Assembly (NCBI GenBank): GCA_020184695.1
Contig: JAANOX010000280.1
Location: 124,001 to 188,000 of the forward strand
Length of the DNA stretch: 64,000 nucleotides
Source of the DNA: Histomonas meleagridis 2922-C6/04-290x
Lineage: Eukaryota; Protista; Parabasalia
Direction: 5' to 3'
In this document: piece by piece, positions 56,136-64,000 of the stretch
Position numbering within the stretch: the first letter of the stretch is position 1
Layout: the number at the start of each line of letters is the position of its first letter
Notes under the pieces: generated by a model
Told to the model about the DNA's origin: nothing
The model's input: only the letters and a program-made list of their open reading frames with translations
Database searches by the model: none
Program-made: the position numbers and the translations under genes

Positions 56136-58124
56136 TTAATCATCTGAATAATCACTTGTTGTATAGTAATATGAATCATCTTTTGTTGGTTCATATTTCG
56201 AAGCATCTTCCAATTGTCGCAACAAAGAAGGATCTATTTTTGGTATTAAATCTTTCGGAATTTCTTGTAAGATATGTTTGGCTTCTAAGGCTCTTTCCTG
56301 CGGATTCTTTTTTAATGTATCATTAATTAAATTTTGTACCCATTGAATCTTAGATTCTGGATCATAATGTGCTAATATTCTCTCCATGTCTGAAGGTGTA
56401 CTTTCTGTTCGATTTGTGTTTGTATTTGTAATTGGCTTTGTACTTTGTACGTTAGTTTTTGGTGTATCATCTGAATCACTATAATCTGTTGAATATAATG
56501 ATGTTGAATAAGATGCTGTTGAATCTTCTCGAGCTATTGGTTTTGGCTGAGGGTTTTCCTCCCTTTTTTGTCGAAATTCTTGGTCAAGTTTAAAGTCTAT
56601 AACCTTAGTAAAAATACCATGATCATTTGCGATATTTTCTGCTTTTTTACCTTTTTTGTTTACAATGTTAAAGTCAGCATTATTATCAGAAAGTAATTTA
56701 ATAATATCTAACTTTCTATATGAATCACATGCGAGTATTAATGCCGTGTTACCTTCATTATTTTGAAGATTAACATTCGCTCCTTTTTTGATTAATAATT
56801 CGACTGTTTCTATCCTTTCATTATCTACTGCATACATTAAAGCTGTATAACCATCATTGTTTTGTTGATTAACGTCAACTCCTAATTCCAATAATTCTTC
56901 ACATAATTCATTATTCCCACTTTTAGCAGCTGCCATTAAAAGTGTTTCATTTGTATCTGATATAAGATCAAATTTCGCATTATATTTATCAATTAGAACT
57001 TTCAAAAATTCTTCATTTTCATGTGTAATTGCTGAATATAATCCTGTAAACATTATTTTATCTGTTATTTTCGCACCATTATCTATAAGATATTCAATGA
57101 CTTTTGGTTTTTGTCCTTTAAGTGCTCCTTTAAGCAGCATTTGAAGACATTTTTCTTTGTTAATTTGATATTCTTTAGTTGACATCATAAATTTAATTGT
57201 TTCAATATCGCCTAATTTACCTGCTGCTTGAAATGCTGAATCTTCTAATTTTATTTTATCTGGTGTTTGATGAATGAAATAATTAAGAACATGAATTTGA
57301 CTTGTAGCAACAAGACTTTTAATGACTTTTTCATCATAAGTTGGAAGTTCTTTAATTTGTTTGTACCAATCAACAGTATTGTATCCTGTCATTGAAAGCT
57401 TAAAATTATAATCTCCACGAAAATAAGGGAAATTTTCTATTATATAATCAACAATATATGGAGCATGAAACGTATACGCGCATTCAACAATTTCATCAAA
57501 ATCGTCTAAAACTTTTTTCTTCAAATTCTTTCTAAAAAGTTTCAACTTATTTAAGTCACGTGTTGTAACAACGAAAAGGAGATCCTTATAAAATACTTCT
57601 CTTTCATTAAGGAAATATTCACATATTTCACATGAACCAAATCTTAAGGCGAATTCCATCAATCTTATTTTCTCTCCAAATAATGTTATTTCAACATCTG
57701 AAAGATCCTCAATAGCATCTAATGCTTTTTTATCTCCTTTAACAATAAGATCCTGAATTGAATTTGGTTCCCATTCAAACTTAAAATCTTTAAGTTTCAA
57801 ATAAACCTTATCCGAGAATTGTTCCTTATCAACAACACCTGTTAATACAAGGTATTGAGCAAAGTTCGAAGGCATAAATACATCAATTGAATATGGTCCA
57901 TTCTTTTTTAAAAATTCGGCATATTCTCGAATCCTTTTATCATTCACTGAACCAGCCAAAATAGTGATCATGAACAAATATGCTTTTGTAATATTTTTTC
58001 CAACATCATCGACAATTTTTTGTGCCTTCTCTAAACTTTCTTTCGACCCTTCGAAAATCAAGTCTTCGAGTTCTGCGTATTGCCTCAGCGCGTCAGGGAG
58101 AACCGAATAATCGCTTTTCTCCAT
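56136..58124 (-). CDS. Ankyrin-repeat protein, paralog B (662 aa)
   Basis: MEKSDYSVLPDALRQYAELEDLIFEGS vs MEKNDYSILPDALKPYAELEDLIFDGS in paralog A; ankyrin repeats TLLMAAAKSG...GYTALMYAVD...GNTALILAC. Confidence 0.9.
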   Translation of the reverse strand: MEKSDYSVLPDALRQYAELEDLIFEGSKESLEKAQKIVDDVGKNITKAYLFMITILAGSVNDKRIREYAEFLKKNGPYSIDVFMPSNFAQYLVLTGVVDKEQFSDKVYLKLKDFKFEWEPNSIQDLIVKGDKKALDAIEDLSDVEITLFGEKIRLMEFALRFGSCEICEYFLNEREVFYKDLLFVVTTRDLNKLKLFRKNLKKKVLDDFDEIVECAYTFHAPYIVDYIIENFPYFRGDYNFKLSMTGYNTVDWYKQIKELPTYDEKVIKSLVATSQIHVLNYFIHQTPDKIKLEDSAFQAAGKLGDIETIKFMMSTKEYQINKEKCLQMLLKGALKGQKPKVIEYLIDNGAKITDKIMFTGLYSAITHENEEFLKVLIDKYNAKFDLISDTNETLLMAAAKSGNNELCEELLELGVDVNQQNNDGYTALMYAVDNERIETVELLIKKGANVNLQNNEGNTALILACDSYRKLDIIKLLSDNNADFNIVNKKGKKAENIANDHGIFTKVIDFKLDQEFRQKREENPQPKPIAREDSTASYSTSLYSTDYSDSDDTPKTNVQSTKPITNTNTNRTESTPSDMERILAHYDPESKIQWVQNLINDTLKKNPQERALEAKHILQEIPKDLIPKIDPSLLRQLEDASKYEPTKDDSYYYTTSDYSDD

Positions 58125-58270
58125 CGCAGTTTGTATGTGAAGCGAATTTTGATCGAATTGCGGTTAATTTCCAGTCAAAACAAAAAATAAAGTACACAAA
58201 AACTCATTTCCCGTTATCATTAACCGGCGAAATTTTATCAAAATTTGAATTGATTTTTCAATTGAATTGT

Positions 58271-60733
58271 TTATTCTTTGAATGTGTTTGTTCTCTTGAG
58301 GGTAATGTAAAGATTACCAAAATCGACAATTTTTTCAATTGCTTTAAATAATTTGGGTGGCTTACTTAAGTCAATCTTAATTGGTTTGTCATCTTCGAAG
58401 TCAACTTTTTCTAATTCCAATTTAGCAGATGCGATTTGGACATCCTTTAATATCTTGTTCTTTTGATATATGGCAATATAAATGTAAGCCTTTCGACCAA
58501 CTGCTTTCTTGAAGTTAAATTCCTTGTTATAAGTTGGGTTTTGTGTATTAGAAACAACGTCAGTCTTAAACTTGTCGAGTTCTTTACCATTGTCGATAAG
58601 CTTTAATACGACATATGAATCAGTACCATTTAGATCTGCCTTAACAAGGCCTTTAGCTTCAATGATTTTACCCGAAATGATAACATCTCCAATTTCTGGC
58701 TTGATTTCATTCTTCTTATCTTTATGGACATGGACATGATATTTTTCTTCTGCTGAATGAATCGCAGAAAGTTTATAAGAACATGAAGTAGCTGATGAGA
58801 AGTCAGTAGAATATTCTGGTCCATAACTACCCCATGAGAATGAACAATGACTCTTAGAATGTGATGATGATGAAGATGAAGAAGAAGATGAAGATGAAGA
58901 TTGTTCATCAGCAACTGATGATTCTTCTTTATCTTCTGGGATGAATTCAACTTCTGAATCACTCTTTTCTTCCATGTAATCCATAACAATTGGTGTAGCT
59001 TCTGGCTTAGTAATTGTGATGATTAAATGGATCTTTCCTTCGGCTGTGCCTTCAAGTGGATACCAATGATCAAATGGTTCATCAAGTTTAAACATTGATG
59101 CTTTAAGTGTAACCTTACCAAGGTTTTGATCTTGTGGATCATCACTTGTAACATTAATATCAATGTCATTCTCCGGATAAATTGGCTTAAGAATAATTTC
59201 ATGTTTCCATTCTGGATCAACATCTTTGGATGACTTACGTGTCTTAGATTGTAATGTTTGTGTGTTACAAATAACATATCTTCCTGGTGCACCACTTCCT
59301 TTAAATGGTGGTAAACCTGTAGCTTCAAGAACCTTAAAGCTAATGCTAAGGCTATTAGGATCTTGTGTTTCTTGTGTAAGCCCTGCAAATGGTTTATCGC
59401 CCTTCTTGATAACATGAAGACGGAATACCAAGTTGGATGCCATCGATGGATAGATAAGATTGAATGGTAATGAGCCACTGATTGCACTACCAATTGGAAT
59501 TTCATTAAAGTCAATATCAAGTTCTCCAACTTTGGTTCCTTTCTTGTTACTATCATCAACAAGATAGATCTTTAAGATTTGTTGGGTACCATAATCAATG
59601 TTGAAAAGCTTTTGTTCACGGAAGCGAAGAATATTACCTTCGGCTCCTTTGGTTGTATGTGTCTTTTGCTTTTGTTGATTGGCACAATGTGTCAACTTAC
59701 AGATGAGATAGAATTTGACATTGCCTTCTTTCTCGGGCGGTGGGAAGTTTTCAACGTTGATAAGTTGAATGGCCGCTTCACATGGTTGATAATCAAATGG
59801 CTTAGTAGAAAATGGTTTGTCACTGATGTTGGCAATGTGGATTTGAAGCTTAAGTTCACCACCAGAGCCTTTTTCTGATTTGGCATCTTTGGTTGGCTTG
59901 AAATCAACAGTCTTATTAAGTTTGATAAGAATGGTACTGTTATGGCCAAATTGAAGAGAGTTAACGTTGACACGACCATATGCTATGCATTTGTTCTTCT
60001 TGGGATCTTTCTTCTTATCTTTATCATATACATAGAAACGGATCGTATCACTACCAAGGAAGAAGCCATTCATTGAGAACTTCTCATTCCACCTTGGATT
60101 GGACGTGTTCTTCTTTTCTTTCGTTGTATGAGATTCATTTGAACCACGAATTTGAACTACAACATATGGATTTGGCTTCTTATTGGGTGGAACTGGTAAT
60201 AAGCCTTTAGCTGAAATGATTCTCATATGACATTTGTATGTTGGAATGAGGAGTTTTTCTCCCTTCTTTTCTTTAATGCCAACTATGGGAGCACCTGGTT
60301 GTGGACGTGGTGGTCCTTGTGGTTGTTGTGGAGAAGCTGATGGAACGTGAGCATAAAGTTGGAATGAAAATTCAGCTGTGAATTGTTGATCGCCAATTTG
60401 ATAGCCAATTTTGTTTGTGCAACTGATTTGTGTGCCATCAGGCTTAAGTTGGTTCAGTGGGTAGACAATTTGTTGCATAATTGGTCTTTGTTGATTTCCA
60501 TCCTTTTCAAAGAGATCAATTAACAAATTTTCGTTGGGATCTTTATAATCGATAGAAAACTGCTCGTTCCATTGTGGATCTGCGTTGTTTTCGATTACTC
60601 TAGTAATCTTAGCTTGGGTTGGATCTTGACTTGCTAACCTAATAACAGAGAATGTTGTTGGAGCTTGAATGCTTGGATTCATAGATCGAATCGCCTTACC
60701 ACCAACGATCTTAACCTCAAGAGTCGTGCTCAT
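58271..60733 (-). CDS. Multi-C2-domain protein (five C2 domains, 820 aa)
   Basis: Repeated C2 signatures: LEVKIVGGK..DPQWNEQF; MRIISAKGL..PNPYVVV..NPRWNEKF; IQLINVENF; FKVLEATGL..DPEWKHEI; GKIIEAKGLVKAD..DSYVVL..NPTYNKEF. Pro/Gln and Ser linkers. Confidence 0.88.
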   Translation of the reverse strand: MSTTLEVKIVGGKAIRSMNPSIQAPTTFSVIRLASQDPTQAKITRVIENNADPQWNEQFSIDYKDPNENLLIDLFEKDGNQQRPIMQQIVYPLNQLKPDGTQISCTNKIGYQIGDQQFTAEFSFQLYAHVPSASPQQPQGPPRPQPGAPIVGIKEKKGEKLLIPTYKCHMRIISAKGLLPVPPNKKPNPYVVVQIRGSNESHTTKEKKNTSNPRWNEKFSMNGFFLGSDTIRFYVYDKDKKKDPKKNKCIAYGRVNVNSLQFGHNSTILIKLNKTVDFKPTKDAKSEKGSGGELKLQIHIANISDKPFSTKPFDYQPCEAAIQLINVENFPPPEKEGNVKFYLICKLTHCANQQKQKTHTTKGAEGNILRFREQKLFNIDYGTQQILKIYLVDDSNKKGTKVGELDIDFNEIPIGSAISGSLPFNLIYPSMASNLVFRLHVIKKGDKPFAGLTQETQDPNSLSISFKVLEATGLPPFKGSGAPGRYVICNTQTLQSKTRKSSKDVDPEWKHEIILKPIYPENDIDINVTSDDPQDQNLGKVTLKASMFKLDEPFDHWYPLEGTAEGKIHLIITITKPEATPIVMDYMEEKSDSEVEFIPEDKEESSVADEQSSSSSSSSSSSSSHSKSHCSFSWGSYGPEYSTDFSSATSCSYKLSAIHSAEEKYHVHVHKDKKNEIKPEIGDVIISGKIIEAKGLVKADLNGTDSYVVLKLIDNGKELDKFKTDVVSNTQNPTYNKEFNFKKAVGRKAYIYIAIYQKNKILKDVQIASAKLELEKVDFEDDKPIKIDLSKPPKLFKAIEKIVDFGNLYITLKRTNTFKE

Positions 60734-61378
60734 TGGAAAATGAGAAAGAAATATTCAGCGGTATCAAATGTTATCAAAAAGCAAATGACTTTTTTTTCAA
60801 AAAAGTTATATAACCGTCAACTCCCTTATTTTGTGATGTGATGTTGATCCTATCGTCGTCAATTTGATAGACCGTTTTTTCTAATGTAAGGTGACACCTT
60901 GGTGCGCTAAGCAGGATATTGAATTTTCTAACACCAGCCATCGATTATTTCGGGTTTTTGAATGAGAGTGTTTACGTAAACCGCTAAAATTGATCAATTT
61001 TCAAAGCTCTCGTCATAAAATACTGACAAGCATTCAATAAATGTTTACATTGGCCATTAATTCTGAGCGCCTTGCATTATCGGCCACATTTCAACAAATT
61101 TTTATCATTCTCATTATTATGAATAATAAAATTAATTTCATTGTTTTAAAAAGGAATGATGTTTATTAAAAATTCTTATAAATCAAGAAAATCTAAAGAT
61201 AAAAAAATCAATAGATAGAATCCAAATTTATCCTAAACGAATAATTGCATCAGTGGCAAAAAAAAAGCAAGAAAAGGAAAAAATTTTTGAACTTTCTGTA
61301 AGTTTTTTAAATAAGCGAGAATTATAAAAGAGAGAACGTTTAACTTGATGTAAACTGTACGTTAAGCAGAATTATCAA

Positions 61379-61900
61379 ATGATTGCCGAAAAATTCCGAC
61401 CAAGCGAATGTTTGAAGTCAATATTAACATCAATGTTCGCTTTAACAAGATGCGAACATACAAAACAAAAATCAAAAGATCAAATTACAGAAGAAATTAC
61501 AATTATAGTTATGAAAGCAGTCGAGCTGACTAACAACCCAAAAGAAATATTAAAAGATATTGGCATTATCATATTTCCTGGCTCCATCGCAATTGAAAAG
61601 GAGAAAGTTGCAAAAATACTATCATTAAAAGAAGCAACATTATCAAACCGACTCAAAACGGCGAACTGGACTCGAAACATTTATTGTCCTACTGCAACAC
61701 GAAAGCAATTGAAAAAAATAGTTGGTGAAGAATTAATTAAAAGGTGGTTCCTCTTTTCAATTCCTCCTAACACGTCTTTTCCCACCCTTGTTCAAAAAAA
61801 TCCTAAACTTGTTTACAATGTTAAAAACTTTTATCCTGAATCTGATCTGTTACCACCAATTTTCTCAATTGAAAACATTCCATTAGTTTGTGAGCAATAA
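61379..61900 (+). CDS. Initiator-binding-domain (IBD/IBP39-like) family protein, putative (173 aa)
   Basis: IGIIIFPGSIAIEKEKVAKILSLKEATLSNRLKTANW...LIKRWFLF resembles the trichomonad IBD winged-helix pattern (G-I-x-W...iN..L..ll...ksSiN..l...gf...W). Confidence 0.55.
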   Translation: MIAEKFRPSECLKSILTSMFALTRCEHTKQKSKDQITEEITIIVMKAVELTNNPKEILKDIGIIIFPGSIAIEKEKVAKILSLKEATLSNRLKTANWTRNIYCPTATRKQLKKIVGEELIKRWFLFSIPPNTSFPTLVQKNPKLVYNVKNFYPESDLLPPIFSIENIPLVCEQ

Positions 61901-62126
61901 AAATATAAATGTAATTATGCTTTTTGTTTATGTATTAATTTGAAGTTTTGATCAACATATTGTTTTTGATTTTTCTTTTCTATTATTTGTGGTCTTTAGA
62001 TAAAATTTGGTATGTGCCATATTTTAAATTTGTTTTTTTCGCTGTTATTTAATTTGCAAAGTATGTTTAGTTCCCCCTAGAAACAATTTATCTAAATGCC
62101 AATTTTGAACTGATTTTAATACGTTG

Positions 62127-64000
62127 ATGAACTTTTGGTGCACGGCGCCGTTTAAAGTTGTTTTGGAGCAAAACAAACAGGACACAACAGATTTAAACAA
62201 TTCAACCCCTCAATCACCGTCAAAAACCAATGAGCAAGACAAAGAAGGAAAAATTTTATATGTGTGTAGACATTGCAACAATATTTCATATCTTTCCCAA
62301 GATTTTTTAAATCCAAAGCCAAAAAAGCCACAAAACGAATTTCGTAGAAGGTCTCAAGGAAATGTTAAAGGTGATTTACTTGAATTACAGACGTTAATCA
62401 TTCAATCTGATAGTTACAATGATTGGGAAGGAAGACATACATACGAAAACTTAAGAGATTTTATCGAAAAGAAAGGACTTGGCATATTTCCTTTTTGTCC
62501 AAAATGTTCGGTTCTTACATCAAACATATTTAAATCCAAAGTCAAATTTTACACTAAAGAAAGCAAAAAACTAAAGGATGGCGCAATTAACTCTAATACA
62601 GAAAATGTTCTCAACCAAAAGCTCGCCGAAATCAATGCACAAATGAAACCTCTTAGAGTTGTATCAGCCAATACTCAAAAGCATTTAGACGCACTTTTAT
62701 CATCTAAACCAACACTACCAGAGTGTGCTCCAATTCCCACATCCACAACGATTCCACATTCCACATCTATTGGAAATAGTAGTGATCTAGATTTTAACTC
62801 TATAATGCTTGCCTCTACTTTTCGTATTTCTACCTTTCGACATTATGCCACCATTAATGGAAATCGAATTGGCACTAATACTCCTGATCCTGTTCAATAT
62901 GATGAATTCGACAGCGGATTATATTTTCTTGTTCAGCTTCTTCAAGCGATTGGAAGGATGATCTCATCACCAATTACGAGTTTTAACTTAACATCCGAGA
63001 TACAATTTATTAATAGTAAAGGAGTTTCTGATGTTTTTACATCACTCAAACTTAAATCTAGTAAAACAATTGCAAGTTTTAGAGAAGCTACAAAGTTATT
63101 ATTTAAGGTAAGTCATAAGTTATTTTGGGATCTTACTAAAATTAATATTAACTTTTCGATTCCGAATGAAATCGATTTAAAGAATTCCAAAATTTCTGGC
63201 GAAAGTTATATATATGATCCAAAGAAGCCATATTTGTTTACTTATGCAATAAAAAGATTAGTAATGGACTTAAAAATGATTCAAGCGAGAACAATGCAAT
63301 CTGCTGTTTATAAAATTAATAAAGAATTTAATATGATGAAAATAAATGAAGAGCCAATTATAGAGAAAAATGAAGAAAAAAATGAAGAAGAAAGATTAAG
63401 ACATATCGAATCGCAATTCTTAATAGCTTCGCAATTAACATTCAACAAGGATAAAGAAACTCCAGAATCTTCGAAATTTGAAAGTAGTATATTAACAACA
63501 GAAAATGATAATTTCCCTTCGCAAGTCGAATATTTGGATACTTTGTCAATTATTGCTGAGGAGGATGAAAACGAAGTAAAAGTAAAAGAAGAAGAAATTA
63601 AATGTGAAAATATTAATAAGGAATACATTGGAAATAAAGAAGAAAAGGAGATTAAAGAAGAAGATAAAAATGATGTTAAAGAAGAGATTTACATGGAAAA
63701 TGATAATAACAACGAAACAAAAATGAAAGAAGAATCTGAAAAGATCGAAATTAAAGAAGAAGATAAAAATGAAACTAAAGAAGAGATTAACATGGAAAAT
63801 GATAATAAGAATGAAACAAAAGCTGAAGAAGAAACTGAGGAGAACAGAAAAGAAACGGAAATTCACGAAATTAAAAATGAAAACGAAATTGCTAATGAAG
63901 AAGCAGAAGCAAAGCAAGAAATTAATGAAGAAGAAAAAGAAATTAAAGAAGAAGTCAACCAAGCGGAAAATAAAGTCAAAGAAGAAACTAACAAAAAAGA
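62127..64000 (+). CDS. ATG6: Atg6/Beclin-1 (Vps30)-like protein with long acidic C-terminal extension (3'-partial, >624 aa)
   Basis: The frame was translated from ATG 62127 through the conserved domain without a stop and is in phase at the window end. It contains YVCRHC and FPFCPKC (cf. Atg6 CxxC pairs), FRISTFRHYATINGNRIGTNTPDPVQYDEFDSGLYFLVQLL (cf. Beclin [32 protein letters not shown]) and FTYAIKRLVMDLKMI (cf. WTKALKFMLTNLKW). Absent from the ORF track. Confidence 0.7.
   Translation, partial: MNFWCTAPFKVVLEQNKQDTTDLNNSTPQSPSKTNEQDKEGKILYVCRHCNNISYLSQDFLNPKPKKPQNEFRRRSQGNVKGDLLELQTLIIQSDSYNDWEGRHTYENLRDFIEKKGLGIFPFCPKCSVLTSNIFKSKVKFYTKESKKLKDGAINSNTENVLNQKLAEINAQMKPLRVVSANTQKHLDALLSSKPTLPECAPIPTSTTIPHSTSIGNSSDLDFNSIMLASTFRISTFRHYATINGNRIGTNTPDPVQYDEFDSGLYFLVQLLQAIGRMISSPITSFNLTSEIQFINSKGVSDVFTSLKLKSSKTIASFREATKLLFKVSHKLFWDLTKININFSIPNEIDLKNSKISGESYIYDPKKPYLFTYAIKRLVMDLKMIQARTMQSAVYKINKEFNMMKINEEPIIEKNEEKNEEERLRHIESQFLIASQLTFNKDKETPESSKFESSILTTENDNFPSQVEYLDTLSIIAEEDENEVKVKEEEIKCENINKEYIGNKEEKEIKEEDKNDVKEEIYMENDNNNETKMKEESEKIEIKEEDKNETKEEINMENDNKNETKAEEETEENRKETEIHEIKNENEIANEEAEAKQEINEEEKEIKEEVNQAENKVKEETNKK

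Noticed and set aside
1-64000. rRNA, tRNA or canonical trichomonad spliceosomal introns (ACTAACACACAG-type 3' ends)
   Set aside because: None were recognised by eye. A tRNAscan-SE/Infernal run would be needed to exclude small RNAs.

Overview
AT-rich, apparently intron-free eukaryotic genomic DNA, most likely from a parabasalid (trichomonad, Tritrichomonas/Histomonas-like). The evidence is the parabasalid-type actin, metamonad-type ornithine carbamoyltransferase, BspA-like LRR surface protein, DUF3447-type ankyrin gene, IBD-like protein and TCA(Y) Initiator motifs just upstream of ATGs. The species cannot be fixed from the sequence. About 20 protein-coding loci are present: a giant NT-C2/charged coiled-coil protein running off the left end (absent from the ORF track), a divergent UGGT-like protein, a Rab GTPase, a CDK-type kinase pseudogene, an ~8.6 kb repetitive coiled-coil gene broken by many indels, a decayed Mutator (MULE) transposase with an N-terminal OB-fold-like segment, a cNMP-domain K+ channel, a Pro/Thr repeat protein, a membrane-anchored bacterial-type heparinase II/III-like lyase, two RBR E3 ligase paralogs flanking actin, CYFIP/Sra1, OTC, a BspA protein, two ankyrin paralogs flanking a broken DUF3447-ankyrin gene, a five-C2-domain protein, an IBD-like protein and an Atg6/Beclin-like gene running off the right end (also absent from the track). 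The best leads are (1) ankyrin repeats interrupted at one fixed position by conserved AT-rich spacers that GT-AG splicing cannot remove in frame, (2) the surface-anchored, probably laterally acquired polysaccharide lyase, and (3) the OB-fold/MULE transposase fusion. All family assignments are from motif recognition by eye; no database searches were run.
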